DNA of 63,194 bases, filler included, from Lenisia limosa (lineage: Eukaryota; Protista; Breviatea): the NCBI GenBank assembly GCA_001655205.1. It is 14 parts of 14 records of this genome, joined end to end, with 100 filler letters (N's around TTAATTAATTAA, not from the genome) between each part and the next. Parts side by side here need not be neighbours in the genome. Positions count along the whole stretch, not along the records: positions 1 to 3,556 come from LPNZ01003276.1; positions 3,657 to 10,751 come from LPNZ01002510.1; positions 10,852 to 12,342 come from LPNZ01008893.1; positions 12,443 to 18,039 come from LPNZ01005533.1; 10 more parts are not named here. The stretch is one strand, 5' to 3'. The translations under genes were made by a program, and so were the position numbers. The notes beneath the pieces were generated by a model, which saw only the letters and a program-made list of their open reading frames with translations, was not told the DNA's origin and did no database searches. Shown here in pieces: positions 1-12,491 of this stretch. Position 1 is the first letter of the stretch; each line of letters begins with the position of its first letter.

Positions 1-3000
1 CTTTTTCAAGACCATTTTCGGCACTTATGCCAATTTCACAACTGAATCTTCGACGTCCTTCATTGTCATTGCTGACCCAAGGTTCGTTTTAATGATAACT
101 GGTTTTGTTGTAGTTTCAAAGGCAATTTTGCTTTCAAGATGGTCTTGTGCTTAACATAACGATTTGTGGATATCATTCGTTCTCCGTGTCTTTAAATACA
201 ACCGAATTTTTTCTTTCATAATCAATAACTCATTTTCACAGTCACCGCAACCTTTTGACCGAGGAGTTTGACATGGCCCCTATTTTCGTGACTTGCCAGC
301 ACAGCGATTCGTACACCAAGGTCACTGCCCCTCTGGAGGTTGGATATTGCTAGTTGTGTTTAACTATCATTTGCATTCTTATCATACCCAGAAATTGGCT
401 CTTGCTGAAGGCACCGTTCTCCCCACCCTGGCAATCACCCTCCCCGCTGACGATATCGACATTTGCTGGACTAACATGACTGCTGAGTTGACCGCACCCG
501 GCCTTGAGCTTGTGCCCGAATCAAAAAAGGTAGGGCTGGTCATATTGCTGTACTAACCACCTCTAACCTCTATGGGAGCTAGTATTCCAATCAGCCCTTA
601 TATTCTTAGGTAATTGAATGGACTCTTCGATTCGATGAGCAAGAAGCCGTTGTCACTAACGCACACAAAGACCTCTATATTTCTCTCAGGTATGTTTTGT
701 TTTGTTTTGATATTACAGCCTTAATCTATTGAAATGAAACTGTTGATGATCTTGTTTGGTTTTAATGCACTTTTGTTTCAATTGGTTTTTGATTGACCTC
801 CCCTCATAGGAAGTCAGGAGCCCCAGCACTCAATCCTTCACTCTCGGTGAGTTAACTAGTTATTTTATGATATTATGGAGATTTACATATTATCAGTAGC
901 GTATCTGGGTGCCGTCTGCATTCATTGTATTATATTAGTAATTATATGCATATTTAAGCGCAAAAAATATTAATCATTGGTTTTCCCCATTAGTGTCATT
1001 TCACATTGTAGGTCAAGTCCAGCTATTTCTTCGGCCATACCCTGACCGCCTCAACCTCAGCTGCAACATCACCAGGTTTGTTTGCATTTATCATAGTGCA
1101 ACCATTCATTGTTTTTTTTTTGGGGGGTGAATCAGGTGTATATATGATATCGATATATTATATGATATATTTGTTGAAGATTAATTGATGGCTTTTGTCT
1201 TACCCCCTTTGTGAATGTTTCTTCACCATAAAGCTGTCCTTAACGTAACTGTTCCGGCTACGGTCAACCCTGAGGTAAGAACTGGCAGATCTTTTAAATT
1301 CAAACGCGCTCGCTGATCGATATTTTTGGGATTTATTATGGAATGTTGGGTCTGGCCGCGATATATTAATTTTCCAACTTTATACACGTGATTGTGTTTA
1401 AGGCTTTGGCCAGATAATTCTGGAAGGTGACATATCTTCACATATCATATATCATTGAAACTGAACTTTCTCTGTACTGTAGAATTCTTGGCTTTGGAAT
1501 TGGTGGTATCTTCATAGTATTATGAGTTTTTGAAATACATAATTTTAATAAGGGGAAGTACTCGGTTATTCTGGGGAGAAACTTCATGATACCTTTTTAA
1601 TATGCCTGACAAGATTAAATCACCCCCACAGACTCAAGCCAATGCGACTGCCGCTGCATCCATTCGTCAGTGCCTAAATTATGGTTGGATCTGATCCTCC
1701 TTCTTTTCTTCGTTTTCTTTTACTTCTTCTTCATTTTATATCTTACCTGACAACGCCCATAGATCAAATACAATGGAAGTGGACTGCCAATTCCGACCTG
1801 ATATCTCCGAGTGTTACTGACACTGTTGCGTTCCTAACAGGAAACTTCCCCTGGTTAGTCTCTTTTTGTGACAGGAATACAATGAATTATGAACTTCATC
1901 ATTCACCAATCATTTAATTTTTGTGAGTATAATACCTTATTTTAAGTTTACCCCTCCCCCCCAGGTATGAACCCAAAACCATCACAGTTCAAGCCTCCCT
2001 CTATGGAAGCAATGTTACCGCCCAATTCCAGGTATGAAATGGGACATATGCTGGTCTCAACATCTTTTGAACCGCCGCCCGCCGCTTATCAACCCCCCTC
2101 CACAGGCTGAGCGTCAAGACTCGAGTGTGTCTGTTTCGATTAATGATGGAGAGCACCTTATTGATGCTTACGCTGCAGTTGGGAGGGGGACGGGTCACTG
2201 TGGGTGAAATGAGGAGTTTTGTGACTTTCTGGGTTGATAGAAATTAATAATATTAAATGAAATTCAGAATGTTGGCAAAAGTATATTATGTTACTAAGTT
2301 TACAAGATTATTAGGTCGACTTTACTCTGGATGTTCACTCGAGTATCCACAAAATCGGAGACTACTCCTACAAGTGGTCCTGCACCAAGACAGCTGCCTG
2401 CAAGGGGGATACTGGACAGTTGGGGGGGGGGGTGCTATTGCTCGTTGTCTCTACAATTGTCTGTGTTATTTCTCACAATTTCAGCTTAATTATTCCTGGT
2501 GGTACGTACGTCGATAATGAACGCGATACATTCACTGTTCTTGTTACCGAGGTTACTGGGTGCTCTCGGATCTCAAAAAAATAATCGGTCATGCCAATTT
2601 GACATAAATGATACCACGTACAATCCGGAGTCATGATATGATTTTTTCCTCTCTGACCCCCTCCCATCTACTAATTTCATATCCCCTAGGTCTCAACCCA
2701 GTTAACTGGCACGGTCTCAGCCATTGTGCATTTCCGCCCTGGGGTTAAGCCTGAAGTTGGCAGAGGGTGTACATATGACATAATATTGCTATGTAGATAT
2801 GTTTTTTATTATAAAATATTGTTTTTTAGTATTTGTAGAGTGATAGAATAGAGTATTATAATATCCTACTGCTTTTATTTCACATTGTTTGGACATTTTC
2901 ACGTTCCCAGGTTACAATAACATCCGACCCTGAAGTGGTAACTAACTTGGACAAAAATGTGGTCTTTACTGCCACATCCAATATCCCTGTGACTTACGAG

Positions 3001-3415
3001 TGGGCTTGGGGGGGGGGGGANNNNNNNNNNNNNNNNNNNNNNNNNNNNNNNNNNNNNNNNNNNNNNNNNNNNNNNNNNNNNNNNNNNNNNNNNNNNNNNN
3101 NNNNNNNNNNNNNNNNNNNNNNNNNNNNNNNNNNNNNACATTGTACATGTATCAGAATGTTTCTTCTGGAAATTGTCTCATGTCCCAATATATAGACAGG
3201 CTACAAATGCATGCTATCCCAGGATTTTACTGGGGGATTAACCGAAGTATTATCTAATATGTCATGAAACAATATGTCTTCCCTATTTACCCCCCCCCCC
3301 AGCTGGACGTATGATGGAACATCTGAAGCGAAGGATAACGTCCTTGTTGTTTCTCCCCCGTATCTCTCCCGAAAATTCATCAACGTTGCAGTCCGAGCCA
3401 CCGTGGTTGAAACAG
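1..3415 (+). CDS. Partial multi-exon large surface protein with REJ/PKD-like beta-sandwich segments
   Basis: GT-AG-bounded exons give IDQIQWKWTANSDL, DYSYKWSCTKTAAC, VVFTATSNIPVTYEW and WTYDGTSEAKDNVLVVSPPYLS..VAVRATVVET. The repeated Y/F-x-W-S strands resemble REJ/PKD ectodomains. Both ends are missing. Confidence 0.55.
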
Positions 3416-3476
3416 GTGGGTGGACTTTTTATGTAGTATATATCATATATCTACTATAGTATATAGGTCACTTAAC

Positions 3477-3522
3477 ACAACCGCGAACACTCACATAACC
3501 GCGAACACTCACATAACCGCGA
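3477..3522. repeat. 18-bp tandem repeat (aaccgcgaacactcacat, about 2.5 copies)
   Basis: Direct repeats read in the sequence. Confidence 0.85.
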
Positions 3523-3556
3523 ACGCTTTTTTAAATATTTGATTTTTTGGCTGTTT

Positions 3557-3656
3557 NNNNNNNNNNNNNNNNNNNNNNNNNNNNNNNNNNNNNNNNNNNN
3601 TTAATTAATTAANNNNNNNNNNNNNNNNNNNNNNNNNNNNNNNNNNNNNNNNNNNN
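3557..3656. other. Artificial scaffold spacer (first of 13)
   Basis: 44 N + TTAATTAATTAA (stops in all six frames) + 44 N. Cores start at 3601, 10796, 12387, 18084, 21624, 29230, 31090, 33895, 35504, 52165, 57283, 58831 and 61587. Confidence 0.97.
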
Positions 3657-4544
3657 GGTTGAGACGAGGGGAGGGGGTTCGTGTTCTAAAGAGAGGCTTT
3701 TATCTAATAACGAGGGCGTTAAATTTGTGAGGGTTTTGAAAAGACAAGGTTGTAAGTCCACGAAAAAGTTGGTGAAAAGCCTACGTATTAGAAATGACAG
3801 TTACGAATTCGAAAACAAAACCGCCGATCTGATTGGTCCAATCAGCAACACAGTGGCCCCGAGTAATGGCACACCCCTCGTCTGAAAGTTAAAACTGTCC
3901 AAAAGATGAAGCATTTAGAATACAATTTATGATTGAATAGTTTTGTTGGTATCGTAGCGTTTCATATAGTATAGCTATGATATGCAACATGTTTTACGCG
4001 AAGCAGTTGTTTTTTGCATTCTATTTGATACATTAGAATTACAATACGAGCAGTAGGTTATGTAATAAACGTTGTACTTTCGATTCTCTTAATTGCTCAC
4101 TTCTCCACATTATGAAACACCTTGCCCAGTTTAATACAACCATAATTTACAGGAGTTTCCTAGTGCGCCTTACCGAAGAGAGTGATGTTGTTGCTTGCAA
4201 TGCACTGCTCTTTTAGCGCCTCTGATCGTTGGTTCAAAACTGAGCCTATAGCGTGTGATAAATGGGGAAAAGAACCTTGCATTTTTTTGTTCAATACGCT
4301 CATTATATGTATACGAATCTTGAAATCACAGGGAAAGCAATAATGTGTTGCCTAAATCATGTCAAAATCATAAAAGAATTTTTCCAGATTAAATGCACTG
4401 TTTGCAACATGAAAGAATTTCGTTCATTTTTTACCAGCATAGGCTCTCAATGATATGAACTTAGCCTGCTTACTTATCCTCAGAGCTTTGGTGACGTCCT
4501 CACTTTCAGGCTTGTTCTGGGATTGTTAGGTGAAAAAATGTTAA

Positions 4545-4770
4545 CCCATATCCACTAGTGATATGATCATATGACCGACTTTCAAGCTCCAAATGATGAA
4601 CGATGATAATACGAGGGTTCATCATCAGGGTGTTATTGAGACTTGTCGGTCAGTTGTCATACGAGTGGAGATGAGGTATCATATCAATGCGCGGAAAATG
4701 ATAGTTCATACGTGTGAAAATGATCCGAAAAGTGATATGATTACACATGTAATATTTTTCAGTCATTTCC
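4545..4770 (+). repeat. Dispersed repeat R1 (about 220 bp, unclassified)
   Basis: Shares catatccac.agtgata.gat.atatgaccgactttcaag, gagacttgtcggtca and acgtgtgaaaatgatcc with other copies. Confidence 0.8.
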
Positions 4771-5589
4771 GATAGAAATTATACAGTAATATAGCATATA
4801 TTTGGATAATTAAATCATATAATCCACTTAAAAATAGAAATCATGCCCCTTTCGAATCGGAGTTTGTAGTGTACCTCTTTGATTGATGGCAGCTGTGTCT
4901 TTAAATGCGAAGCCATTGCTCCATGGTTTGTGGAGTACCTGTAACGTTAATGCTGTATTTGATTAAAAATAAGGTGGTCTCTTGAAGCTATTCAAAGAGT
5001 TCTATCATTCATTCTTTTCAACTGAAGTTGGTATAAACTATGCTAAAATGGAAAATGATCAATGATTCTGAAACTACAGGTTTTTGGAGTGTTGCATTAT
5101 TTCCTGCGATCACTATAAAGCACTCTTCAATTATACACATTGTGATATCATTAAAAAAATATTGTTCAGGGCATCAAGATACTTACTCCTAACCTTAGTA
5201 AACAAGCTTGGTCCCCAAGACATTCAGCCTCGGCTTGAAGGAAGTTCTCATATGTTAATGATTTTACGAAAGATGGTTCTAATACGCAAATAAAAAAAGT
5301 TGAATTTGACTGAAGTGTTAGGATAACAGAGAGGATATTCAGTGTTTAAATATGCAAAGATAGAGTTGCACTATGCAACAACCAATAGTACAACCTGCTC
5401 TGTGACTTCATGTTAGTCCAAAATAGTGTGGAATTGTTGAAAACTTCAATGAGTATCGATTGCAGCAGCATGGATAAAAAAAAATATTGTAACTATCAAA
5501 TATATATCGATTCACTCAGTTTTGCCCTTTCCACCTGTTGTACTTTTGGGTTGCATATTGAGCCGAGAAGTTCTGATGCGGTGTCTACG

Positions 5590-7332
5590 TAACATTTAGC
5601 GCTTACGCCAAGAGTTTGGCGTGTCAATGCGCCAAGTCCTGCAGCAGTAAATAGGATAACAAGGAAGCTTCGCAATATCTAATACATCTTGAATAGCTAA
5701 ACGTTTCTGTCTGGGTTTGTTCAGAAAAAAAGAGCGCTTGAATAGAAAAAACAAAACAAGCACGCGATCAGGGACAAGCATGAAGAAAAAACAGCGGTTT
5801 AGCTGAAGATTAATATACTATACAATAGTCTTGCAGTATCATCCTATCCAAATCATAGATACACGCGATATATTAATAATAGTATCCACACCAATAAATC
5901 TAATCAATGACTAAAACTAGGGGAACCCAAAACACATCAAAGAAGTGTCAAGCTGCTTCAGTTCCCAAGATACAATAAAAAACAAATCAAAAGTCAATGA
6001 TAAATAATGATGCCCCATTCATATCTTAACACGCACCACATAGATAATTGGGGAGAATAATCAGTTAAGATTGGGTGTTGGCATAGATCGAAAGAATAGT
6101 TCACTTATTTTTTTAAGTAGGTCAATCAAGAGATCAATCCGACGAGGTACAAAAATGCTAGGGTGAGACAACCGATCATTCCCACCAGATACTGCTGTAG
6201 TGGCATAACATCGTGATGATGCGCGGGAGAGAGCGACGAGAGAGGCAGAGAGATTCATGATCTCAGAAAAGTCTCCCAACAGACTAATCTTTCTGAGATG
6301 TTCTATGCTTGATGATTTCGTTTTATATCTCCTCACCACATATTATCTATCGGTATTCAAGTATTCACAAGTCTTTCAGTCTTTCCAATCAAATAGTAAA
6401 TCATAGGGATACACAGACTCAGACTTGAATGACCCTTTTGGGCAACCAGATTTAGGTGATTGGCCTGCCGCTATTCTCCCAGTATATCCATGGTATATCA
6501 CTACTCTTGCATTATTTGCGAGCTTAGATTACCTACTACTATATAAAGTCACATATGCACATTACAATTGAGCATTTCACCATTCCTTTTTATGACCCCC
6601 GCTTCTTGTCATCCTTCACAAGAGCGGAACTCTTCAGGACTTCTTATGCCCAATTCCATGATGAATGAATTAAATCCTGCTCAGGAACTTTGTCCTTTTG
6701 CTGTGGGAGAGGGGATAAGAATTAGGATGTGAGTGAGTGGGATATGAACTTGCATTGATGTACTGGAAATCAATAGTTCCCCCTGTGTTAACATTTTGAT
6801 AAAATCCCAGGTAAGCTTTGAAAGCTTCTCTGATTATCAATTACATTTCAAGTAAAATAAAATTTTGCGAAACAGCGCTTATAATCTCGACTGTTATAAT
6901 AAAAACAAATATTCATATGACAATCATTATCTAATTATAATCCTATTAAATCTAATTATTCCCTTGTAACAAGTTGCAGACTGACATTCCTGACTACCTC
7001 TATCCTGAAAGCCTGCCTTCAACAACCCTCCCGCTACCGCACCTCTTTGGAGGATGGGTGGAAGATTTGCCGTTTTATAAGAATCTCCATCGAGAGAAAG
7101 AAGAACATGTAGGAGATTGGAGACAACATCGTTGTAAGGTTCTGTTGATCTTTACAATTTCTTTGAAAAATGATTGGGAATATCAAATTTATGAATTTGA
7201 CCTTAACCTACATTCACTTTCAAGATTCCTGTGATTGTTGGCCCTGAAGAGACCAAAGAAGGCGCTGTTTGGAGGTTCACAATTCCCTTCTATTTGAGTC
7301 TAATGTTGAGGTTTGCTAACCCACATCATCAA
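5590..7332 (+). pseudogene. Degraded multi-exon gene of unknown family
   Basis: Splice-bounded segments (GYTDSDLNDPFGQPDLGDWPAAILPVYP; TDIPDYLYPESLP..LFGGWVEDLPFY; IPVIVGPEETKEGAVWRFTIPFY) are interrupted by stops near 6.2 kb. Confidence 0.3.
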
Positions 7333-7989
7333 TAAAAATGAGCAGTCTTGTAACTTGCTGTAGTATAGGGAGTATCGTCTTCATCTTCTTGACGGTGACG
7401 TACATATTCGGAATTAATACCTCAAACAAGGCAACCAAAAAAATGGAAGTAATGAGAGATAAAAATGAAAATTATGTTTTGTGCTTTGAAACTTCCTTTC
7501 ATTCTCAATATTTTTACAGTTATTATAGTATCAATTCTAATACCGAGCTGTCTCAAAATATACCTTTCACCAGAGATGAAACTCTTACTGGATATGATCA
7601 TTTGGGTTTGTATTATGACTTCCCAAGAGACAAAAATTATTTTTGGAGTTTAATAACAATGCATTTATGTCAGTTAATTTGTAGGATGCCTGTTGGGAAG
7701 GGGTCAAGCTTGAAGCAACTTATGTAGGCTCACCATACTTCTGCTGATAAATTTTAAATACATAAACCTTGGGATTAATTAAAAACCTTGGATTAATTAT
7801 TTTTTTCCAAATTTGGTCTTTTTATTACTAAACCTCTTTGTTGTCCTTCTGGTGTTTATTTTGCCTTCTTAGGATACTATTAACTGAATTTGTACACATT
7901 TTTTCGAAACATTCATTTATACTCTGAATTTCCTTGCAAGAATATTTCAAAAAATATATATCAACATAAGTACACAATGAAACTTAACT

Positions 7990-10500
7990 CCTTTTCTTTG
8001 GCTTTTTTTTTGGCTTGTGATGCCTTTAAATTGTCCTTCAACACCTCCGCCAGCATGACATGTTTGGGGACAAGTTATAATCCATCTGCAGTGGCAAGCT
8101 TAACATTTCTTGTTACAGACGGTTTCACTTCATCCAAATTGACAATCACCTAAAAACTATGAAACAATTGAATGGTGCAATNNNNNNNNNNNNNNNNNNN
8201 NNNNNNNNNNNNNNNNNNNNNNNNNNNNNNNNNNNNNNNNNAACCATGAGAGGCTTTACCACATTTCTGTAATTGGACCAATATTTATACTTGAGGTAAC
8301 AGTCTTGGTAATGATAGGAGTAAGGTGTTCAATTCTATCATGTACAGATGTAGCTGCAGCGGCTATTAGATTATGTCTGTCCAATACTCTATTTTCAACC
8401 TGAAAAGCTGCTACCAGGCCTGCAGCAACCCCTTGGGTGGGTGTATGCCACCAACTCCAAAGTAACAGTATCTTCACAATTGTCAAATGGGACCGAATTT
8501 TGGGGTAGCTTGGTGTGCGAAATGTTACCTTTCTGGTAAATACCAATGTCAATCAAAGCTTGGTCGTAAACTCTTCCTCTCTCCGATAAATAAACGCAGG
8601 TTTTGAGGGACTTTAAGATGACTTGAAATGAGGGAGCTCTGAGAGCAGCTGCACAAATAGCAACCACCTCATATTCTTCAATATGTCTAAAAAAAGAGGA
8701 TAAGGGGGAAAATGTACTTAAATTGAGCTATTTTTTACATGACGAGAAATACCTTTGCGAATACTTTCATTGACCTTTTTGCATGGTAGAGGGAGTCGGC
8801 AACCTGGACAACTATTAATCATAGTACCGTCACCAACCTGCATGAAATGCGACAAAAATGACGGTTCAGCCACAAAAATAACGCTCGACCTTGGAAAAAG
8901 TGTACCAGAAGCCTGAATAGTTAACACAAACATGAAAATATAAGGTAATTTACCTCTGCTGAGACATGGATTTTTTCTCCGTTCAGTACAATAAGAGAAT
9001 TTCGTGCAGAGCATCCTTCTTTGCAAAACAGCTTCAGTGTTGAAGAACGCACTGGTGCTCCAACCACATTCATATTACATTCCATTGCCGCTTCAATTGA
9101 CTCTTCAGAAGGCGTAACCATTTTCAATGATTCTTCTGGGGAAGTGATCTCAACCCAGAGCAAAATGTCATCCATACTCTTTACTCCAATGCGCGGAAGC
9201 TTGGGTCTCTTTGGTTCCTTTTGAAGTTCTCCTTTTCTGAACGAGCTGCTTTCTTGAAGAGATTTTCACCACCCAGAACAATTCCAGACTCCTCTCCCAT
9301 TTAAATTGAGAATCGAAAGCTTTCACTTTCACTGATTCCCAGTTGGATTTTATCCACGCTATCTTGTCAATAAATACAACATTTCGTGACGGAACAGGTG
9401 AATTGGGCACAATCCCTTCTAGGTGATCAACACATACGTTAATCATTGAGAGGTATTTCTCTTTGTTATCAATGCGGTACCGAATATACTGGAATGTCAA
9501 AAAAACTTACTTTGTCACATCTCTTGGAAATGAGTGTAAAAGCAGGTCCCAGAAGGCTGTAGGCATCAGGCTCAAATGGTTTGTAAAAATCATCCAGTTC
9601 CTCTTTTCCACAAACGTGACACATTAAGCTTTGAAAATTGTTGTGAAATAAAATACACATCACTCAAACCTTTTTCAAATGCTGCATCCTCTCCATATCT
9701 TGTCATGGTAATCACACGTGCGACACATAGCTCCGCAGTACTAGCAACATTGAACATCTTGATAGATGCCCTAGAACTTTGAGAAAAGAATCAAATTTGG
9801 ATTGATTATTATTTGGTGAGTGACTATTTCCTACACATACACCCACTTTGTTTGAATTTCCGGATTTGTTGTTTTTGAAGACTCAGCAGCATTTCGACAG
9901 TGATATGCTGTCATCATCCCCCAGCAATTCAAAGAATCCAACAAAATGTTAAATCATCAGAAAAGAGCATTGTTGATGTGAAGCTGGCTGGAAGGAAGGA
10001 AGGTCGTCCGTCTTCCCAAAGAAGACTCTTGATGCTGGAAGAGAGATAATTCGTCAACACAAACTTGTATATGAGTAGTTTTGCTGATTTCTGTCAGATG
10101 GACATGAAAACTGATGTAGCAACAGTAACTCACGTAATGAAAGAAGTTGTTGAGCAGGGTAGAGGAAGTGAAACTGCGACAAGAAAGCTGATAGCAGAAT
10201 TATCTAAGACAAGTGATCTTGATTACCAGCGACAATAGGCAACAAATGTAGGATTTTATTCAGCTATGACATTTTCATTTTCACCTTTTCAGCCCGAAAA
10301 TGGTGCCAAGAATGAAAAACAAATTCGATCCACATTGAGAATAGCGCAACTTGCGGTTGGAAATACCTGAAACGAGGACATTTTATATGTGGAATCAGGA
10401 AGCTGATTATCCCAGACGTTCTTCTCAACATTAATGTCAGCGACATAGTAGAAATGCGGGGCTGGTTTTTGACTGCATCCATCCTAAATCTGTGAATTCC
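7990..10500 (-). pseudogene. Degraded multi-exon gene of unknown family with Cys motifs (CHVC, CPGC)
   Basis: Introns are recognisable at 9489-9510, about 8915-8955 and about 8690-8750. There are frameshifts near 8.45 and 9.25 kb and an in-frame TAA near 8077. Confidence 0.4.
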
Positions 10501-10933
10501 GAAACAGAATGGAAGAATTGCAAAAGCAAGCAAAATCGAGAAAAGTAGGTTGATTAATTCAAAAAAACCGGATTTCACTCATTTTGAACGTGCTAAATTT
10601 CTATATACATATGGGGGCGGGGGGTTGGAAAATTCAAAAAATGAAGAAATCTTAAAATATCTTTAATTATTGGACCTTTTTTTTCTGCAAAATGGTTAAA
10701 TTTTCTTTTTTGTTCCGATTTCAACGTACTAAATTTTTACATAATCCTGAANNNNNNNNNNNNNNNNNNNNNNNNNNNNNNNNNNNNNNNNNNNNTTAAT
10801 TAATTAANNNNNNNNNNNNNNNNNNNNNNNNNNNNNNNNNNNNNNNNNNNNAACTCTACTTTCTGCGTGCCTCTTGTATACAGAGAAAGAATAATCTTAC
10901 ATCATATGTATGTATAATAGTATTGCATATATA

Positions 10934-11012
10934 CAGTGATCGGGATAAGTATTGACCGATTTGTTATGTGATTTCCCCAAGGAAAATCGGTCAATACTTA
11001 TCCCGGTCACAA
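10934..11012. mobile_element. Tc1/mariner-type MITE family B
   Basis: TA|CAGTGATCGGGATAAGTATTGACCGAT ... ATCGGTCAATACTTATCCCGGTCAC; TIR about 27 bp. Confidence 0.8.
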
Positions 11013-11131
11013 TAGGCCGCAGTATATCACCATAATAGTCTTGCGTATTGCATAAAATATAATATGTCATAGTAGTGCATTTGTAGGCCCACAGTAGAGT
11101 CGCTGTCAAAGTATTGCATGTATCGACCCAC

Positions 11132-11779
11132 AGTATAATCGCCGTCAGCCAGCAGGTCGGAAGCGATTGTGACGGACGGGGCGACTTGGGATGAGAAGAA
11201 CGTCGTCAACGGAGCCGTTGTGGGGGTGATAGACCTGGGGAGGGGAGGTAAAATTCGTAAAAGTATGAAACAAAATAGCTCAAAATCAACTCTTTAAAGG
11301 CTACGAAGGCTTTTGGATTGAGGGTGAACACTAGAGTAACAGAATGCAGCGTCCTCACCATGTGTAGGAAACTTGCCCAATGAAGGCACCATGGTTTAGC
11401 ACGGCAGACTTGGCGGTATAACTTTCACAGGTGGTGATTGTCTGTGTTAGTCAAAAGAAAAAAGTTGTATAGTACATCTATTTAACATGAAGTCCCTGTG
11501 GTCCGGAAAACTCGGTATAATATCGGTAAAATATCAGTGAAATTCGGTAAAATATCTGTAAAATATCGGTGAAATATCAGTAAAATATATATTCTTCGAG
11601 TCAGGAACTGGGAGATACAAGGCCCACTAAACCCCTTCAAACACCCACATCATATTCATCATATTCATCATATTCATCACATTAAAAACCATTGACAACA
11701 CCCACATCCGGAGCAGCAGTCCACTTCATTTGGTTGACGGAAGGAATTACTGGTGAGTCCAGCATGATCGTCTGTATGG
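11132..11779 (-). CDS. Partial REJ/PKD-like surface protein, probable paralog of 1-3415
   Basis: Exons IQTIMLDSPVIPSVNQMKWTAAPD, TITTCESYTAKSAVLNHGAFIGQVSYTW and SITPTTAPLTTFFSSQVAPSVTIASDLLADGDYT; the phase is consistent across W|SIT. Confidence 0.5.
11235..11330 (-). repeat. Intron 3'-end repeat family I
   Basis: Sense strand gagttgattttgagctattttgtttcata..gaattttacctcccctccccAG ends exactly at an acceptor. Confidence 0.75.
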
Positions 11780-11871
11780 CTGCGGGGAGGGAGGGGGAGT
11801 AAAATAGGTAATTTTATGAAACAAAAAAAAACCAAAATCAACTCTGTTGGCTGACAACACACTAAGGTTGA
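11780..11871 (-). repeat. Intron 3'-end repeat family I
   Basis: Sense strand gtgtgttgtcagccaacagagttgattttgg..tgtttcataaaa..ttttactccccctccctccccgcAG. Confidence 0.85.
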
Positions 11872-11994
11872 NNNNNNNNNNNNNNNNNNNNNNNNNNNNN
11901 NNNNNNNNNNNNNNNNNNNNNNNNNNNNGGGGGGGGGGGTAAAACGAAGGAAAAGGCACTAATCACGAACCGAATAATATGAAATTCTTGGAAT

Positions 11995-12150
11995 GGGGAG
12001 TAAAATTAGAAAATTTTTGAAAAAAAAGCCAAAATTAACTCTGTTAGCTGACAACACATGAGGGTTGATAAGTAAAGATGGAAATTTTGTGCCGCAAAGA
12101 CACTCTGTTGGTGGAACACACAGTTGAAAACAGCAAAACAAACAAAGCGC
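11995..12150 (-). repeat. Family I repeat, partly duplicated
   Basis: Sense strand atcaaccctcatgtgttgtcagctaacagagttaattttggc..aattttactcccc. Confidence 0.75.
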
Positions 12151-12491
12151 AGGAAGGCTCTTGCCTGGGGAGCGTGATTGGAGGGCTGACGGGGCTAATA
12201 TGGGGATAGTATGTGGTTTCATGGGGTACCCTCCTCCGCCCATACCCATTATATCGGACCCCTTAATTGCATTTTCTGTATATCAACATATGTATGTATA
12301 GCAATGATAAATAAAAAATAAGGTTATCGGCCGAAGCCGTCCNNNNNNNNNNNNNNNNNNNNNNNNNNNNNNNNNNNNNNNNNNNNTTAATTAATTAANN
12401 NNNNNNNNNNNNNNNNNNNNNNNNNNNNNNNNNNNNNNNNNNATTCGCCAGTCAGAATATATTCCATAATCAAGGTATTTTCACCCCGCAG

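Noticed and set aside
6120-10500. Stop-codon reassignment suggested by isolated in-frame TAA/TAG/TGA
   Set aside because: Intact genes end at the expected place with TAA (RPN9) or TAG (CAF1, RMT2) and use TGG for Trp. The interrupted regions also have frameshifts, which fits pseudogene decay.
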